From NCBI GenBank assembly GCA_963767925.1, contig CAVYGB010000009.1:128001-192000 (forward strand): a DNA stretch of 64,000 nucleotides, given 5' to 3'. The notes under the pieces are model-generated. The model was not told the origin of the DNA, searched no databases, and saw only the letters and a program-made list of their open reading frames with translations. Positions 60,836 to 64,000 of the stretch are shown piece by piece. Numbering within the stretch: position 1 is the stretch's first letter; the number at the start of each line of letters is the position of its first letter. The translations under genes were made by a program, and so were the position numbers. The stretch comes from an uncultured delta proteobacterium (GTDB lineage Bacteria > Myxococcota_A > Polyangia > Fen-1088).

Positions 60836-61078
60836 TGACGATACCTCCGACGGGGCGGTGAGCAAGAGGCGTGCCCCTCGGTGGGGCCCGTGGCCACAGG
60901 CTCGCACGTCCGGAACCGGCGGGGATCTGAAGAAGGGCGGGCAGCGATGTCGCGATCGCGTCGTGTCGAACCGCGCGCGCCGGGCCAGGTCGCGCGGGGC
61001 ACGGCACGTCACGGGCCGTGACTCCGAAAGTCACGCCCCCTGTTCAGGTAGCGAAAACCTGAAAGGAGCGATTGTCCC

Positions 61079-61480
61079 ATGTTCATTTCATCTCGCGCGT
61101 TGCTCGCCCCGGCGGTCCTCGGCCTGGCGCTGGTCTCCGGATGCGGGGCGGCCACCTCGCAGGTGCGGGGGGGGCGCGCGGCCCAGGCCCCATACTCGGA
61201 GGAGGTCCTCACCGATCCGATGGCGCGGCTGCAGGCCATGCAGCAGATGCGGACGCAGATCCTCCGCAAGACCGGCCGGATCGAGGAGGCGCGCTTCGCC
61301 GGGTCGGTGCGCCCCAGCCTCGCCGGCCAGCTCGTGCGCGCCGGCTTCACCGCCACCGAGGCCGAACACGTCCTGGCCTGGGTCGACGAGGCCCGCGCCG
61401 ACCACGCCCGCGTCTCCGCCTGGTGGTCCTCGCTGACGACCGAAGCTCCCACCCCCTCTCTCACCCACTCCATGCGCTAG
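61079..61480 (+). CDS. small lipoprotein
   Basis: AAGGAG RBS; LALVSGC lipobox. Confidence 0.65.
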   Translation: MFISSRALLAPAVLGLALVSGCGAATSQVRGGRAAQAPYSEEVLTDPMARLQAMQQMRTQILRKTGRIEEARFAGSVRPSLAGQLVRAGFTATEAEHVLAWVDEARADHARVSAWWSSLTTEAPTPSLTHSMR

Positions 61481-61544
61481 CCACCCGACCATCACCTTCC
61501 CCCGCGGTCTGCTGCGCATCGGGGCCTGCCGTGAATCATTCCTC

Positions 61545-61606
61545 CATCACCTCTCCCCGCGTCCGCCGTGGGGAGAGGTCGGCGCGTCTCCGCGCCGGGT
61601 GAGGGG
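61545..61606. repeat. dispersed REP-like element, copy 3 (partial copy at 61490-61512)
   Basis: CATCACCTCTCCCCGC...GGGGAGAGGTCGGCGCGTCTCCGCGCCGGGTGAGGGG between convergent genes. Confidence 0.8.
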
Positions 61607-61633
61607 CGGTCGCCCGGGCCGGAGCGCCCCGAC

Positions 61634-62683
61634 TCAAGGCAGGGCAGGCAGCAGATCGATCTTCGTCAGCGCCGTCAAGCTGGCGGCGAGCGCGGCGAAG
61701 GTCCAGAACACGCCGCGGTCTCCGGTCTCGGGCGCGCCCTTGCCGGCGGCGCGGGCGGTGGCGGCGATCGCCACTATCACGAGCAGGCCGTCGCTCGCCA
61801 GCAGGGCCAGCGCCCAGAGCAGCCCCGCGATCCAGGCCCGCTGCCGCCGGGACAGGGCGGCGAAGGCGCGGCCGCCGTCGAGCTGCCAGACCGGGAGCAG
61901 GTTGAACAGGTTGACCCAGGCCCCCACCCGCGCGGTGGCCAGCCAGCTCGGCCAGTCCCCCAGCAGCCCGCCGAGCAGGAAGGCGAGGGCGGCGCCGAGC
62001 CCCCAGATCGGTCCCGCCAGCCCCACCCGCGCGTCCTCGCCGGTGGTGGCGGGGTGCTGCTTGAGGCGCACGAAGGCCCCCACGCCCGGGATGAACATCG
62101 GCGCGCTCGCGGCGATGCCGTAGCGGCGCAGCCAGGCCACGTGGCCCATCTCGTGGATGTAGAGCGAGACGATCAGCCCGACCGCGAACTTCCACCCGTA
62201 GATGGAGGTGTAGGCGCCGATGGAGACCGCCATCGACAGGAAGGTCTTGCCCTTGGCCAGGCCGAGCAGCAGCAGCTTGCCCTTGCCGAGCAGGAAGGCG
62301 ATCACCCACTTGAACTTGAGCAGCAGCAGCCCGACCACCACCAGCGGCGCCAGCCAGCGGTAGCGGCGGCGCAGCGAGGCCCAGCGTCCTTCCCCCGGGA
62401 CGGCGGCCGGGGCGCTGGCGCTCCCGGGCGCCCCCGCGCGGGTGAGGGCGTCGCTCAGCCGGGCCACCGTCTCGCCGATGCGCTGGTGCTGGACCGAGCC
62501 GCCAGGCAGCAGATCCAGCGCCCGGCGCCAGTCGGCGAGGGCGGCGGTCGCGTTGCCCGCCTGCTCCGCCGCGGTCGCCTGGGCCGCCAGGCCCTTGAGC
62601 GCCTCGGCGTGCACCAGCCGGTTGCACGACGGGCAGACCAGGAACGTCGGCGGCAGCTCGCTGCCACAGCCCGGGCAGCTCAC
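61634..62683 (-). CDS. site-2 protease (M50) with N-terminal double zinc ribbon
   Basis: CPGC..CPSC; HEMGH; NLFNLLPVWQLDGG; GTG overlaps the upstream stop. Confidence 0.88.
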   Translation of the reverse strand: MSCPGCGSELPPTFLVCPSCNRLVHAEALKGLAAQATAAEQAGNATAALADWRRALDLLPGGSVQHQRIGETVARLSDALTRAGAPGSASAPAAVPGEGRWASLRRRYRWLAPLVVVGLLLLKFKWVIAFLLGKGKLLLLGLAKGKTFLSMAVSIGAYTSIYGWKFAVGLIVSLYIHEMGHVAWLRRYGIAASAPMFIPGVGAFVRLKQHPATTGEDARVGLAGPIWGLGAALAFLLGGLLGDWPSWLATARVGAWVNLFNLLPVWQLDGGRAFAALSRRQRAWIAGLLWALALLASDGLLVIVAIAATARAAGKGAPETGDRGVFWTFAALAASLTALTKIDLLPALP

Positions 62684-63351
62684 GCCGGCGGCGATCCCCC
62701 GGCTGCTGCCGGAGCGGGAGCGGGCGCGGCCTGCAGGCGGAAGGGGCCGCTCAGGACGAGGCGCTTGTTGAGCTTCCAGGCCTCGTACAGCGCCACGCCG
62801 ATGATGAAGATCCCGAGGATGTTCTTCACTCCGGCGAGGAAAGGCCCGGCCAGCGCCAGCCCCAGGACCAGCCCGAGCGCCAGCGTCGGGTCTCCGGGAC
62901 CAGCCCTCAGCCCCTCGAGCACCAGCGGCACGTAGCTGGCGGTGATCGAGAGGTAGGTCAGGGCCATGGCGATCGCCTGGAACCTCCAGCCGCCGGCGCC
63001 GTCCGAGCCCCTCCGCACCGCGTACCCCACGAGGTACCCGACGGCGATGGCGACGATCCCCAGCTCGAGCCCGGTGATCTTCATGATCAGCCACCAGACC
63101 AGGGTCCCCAGCAGCGCCGCCCCGAGGCCGTAGCCGATCGCCCGCAGGACGGCCAGCTTGCTCGCGCCCGCCCCCGACACCCGGTCGGCGCAGGCCGGGC
63201 AAACCACCATGTCCCCGGCCGCGAAGTATTCGAGCGCGATGTTCTGGCCGCACGAACCGCAAGCCCGGGTGGCCCGCGGCTGCTCGAACTCCGCCTTGTC
63301 GAACTGCAGGTTGTCCGGCGCGGCTGGCGGCGGAGCGCCCGAGGAGTCCAT
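62680..63351 (-). CDS. membrane protein with N-terminal CxxC..CxxC
   Basis: CGSC/CPAC followed by several TM helices. Confidence 0.75.
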   Translation of the reverse strand: MDSSGAPPPAAPDNLQFDKAEFEQPRATRACGSCGQNIALEYFAAGDMVVCPACADRVSGAGASKLAVLRAIGYGLGAALLGTLVWWLIMKITGLELGIVAIAVGYLVGYAVRRGSDGAGGWRFQAIAMALTYLSITASYVPLVLEGLRAGPGDPTLALGLVLGLALAGPFLAGVKNILGIFIIGVALYEAWKLNKRLVLSGPFRLQAAPAPAPAAAGGSPPA

Positions 63352-63500
63352 GGCGGGATCGTAGGAGAACGCGTCGGGTCAATCAATGTACGCGTCCTGG
63401 ACCAACCACACCGCTGTCGGTCCCGCTCCCCACCTCGGGGCGGGCAACCGCCGCCGAGAGGTCGATCTCCCGGGGGCGGGACGCGGTGGCGCAGGATCGA

Positions 63501-64000
63501 TCAGGGGGGCGAGAGGCGTTCGGTCTCGGGGCGGGAGTGGCGGATGTCCTCGCCCTCGACCATGAACACCACCATCTCCGCCACGTTGGTGGCGTGATCG
63601 CCGATGCGCTCGATGTGCTTGGCGATCGACTGCAGGCGGGTCGCCTCGAAGATGGTGCTGGGGTCGTCCTTCATGCGGACGAGCAGCTCGCGCAGCACCT
63701 CGTGGTACAGGCCGTCGAGGTCGTCGTCGCTGTCGAGCACCGCCCGGGCCGCGACCGAGTCTCGCTCGACGAAGGCCTTCACGACCAGCCTCACCATGGT
63801 GCGGGCGCTGTCCATCATCTGGACGATCTTGCCGTCGGCCACCAGGCGCGGGACCTCGGCCAGCTCGACCAGACGCTCGCAAACGTTCTTGGCCAGATCT
63901 CCGATCCGTTCGAAGTCGGTGACCATCTTGAGCACCGTCATGACGAAGCGCAGGTCGGTGGCGACGGGCTGCCGGAGCGCGAGGATCTGCATGCACAGCC
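63501..64000 (-). CDS. phoU: phosphate signalling protein PhoU (5'-truncated)
   Basis: LALRQPVATDLR...DFERIGDLA; DDDLD; ERIGDHATNVAE.V.F.V.G.DIRH. Confidence 0.93.
   Translation of the reverse strand, partial: LCMQILALRQPVATDLRFVMTVLKMVTDFERIGDLAKNVCERLVELAEVPRLVADGKIVQMMDSARTMVRLVVKAFVERDSVAARAVLDSDDDLDGLYHEVLRELLVRMKDDPSTIFEATRLQSIAKHIERIGDHATNVAEMVVFMVEGEDIRHSRPETERLSPP

Noticed and set aside
61017..61068. Guanidine-II or c-di-GMP riboswitch
   Set aside because: The loop and junction consensus sequences are absent; kept only as an unassigned hairpin pair.

Overview
Very GC-rich bacterial DNA whose gene content suggests Myxococcota (inference from many Ser/Thr kinases, an FHA-sigma54 activator and a MYXO-CTERM-like tail). 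Left to right it contains: (1) ordinary enzyme genes; (2) a dense tandem-repeat hotspot (5.1-9.6 kb) around an HUH/Y1 RAYT-like transposase, including a three-stem structured element; (3) a complete form I aerobic CO dehydrogenase cluster (coxMSL, coxDEG, two XdhC/CoxF paralogues, one YHS-fused, and a MocA-like gene) with a divergent sufS-sufU pair; (4) a long signalling region; (5) tRNA-Glu(CUC) carrying an ~8.67 kb large-serine-recombinase island, followed by remnants of older elements; (6) lipoprotein, M50 protease and partial phoU genes. The island's two junctions rebuild a 48-bp palindromic attP inside the integrase gene, so excision is predicted to swap the integrase C-terminus to one ending -RRAA. 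Several otherwise intact genes carry single frameshifts, so some may be assembly indels. All product calls come from motif recognition by eye, not database searches.
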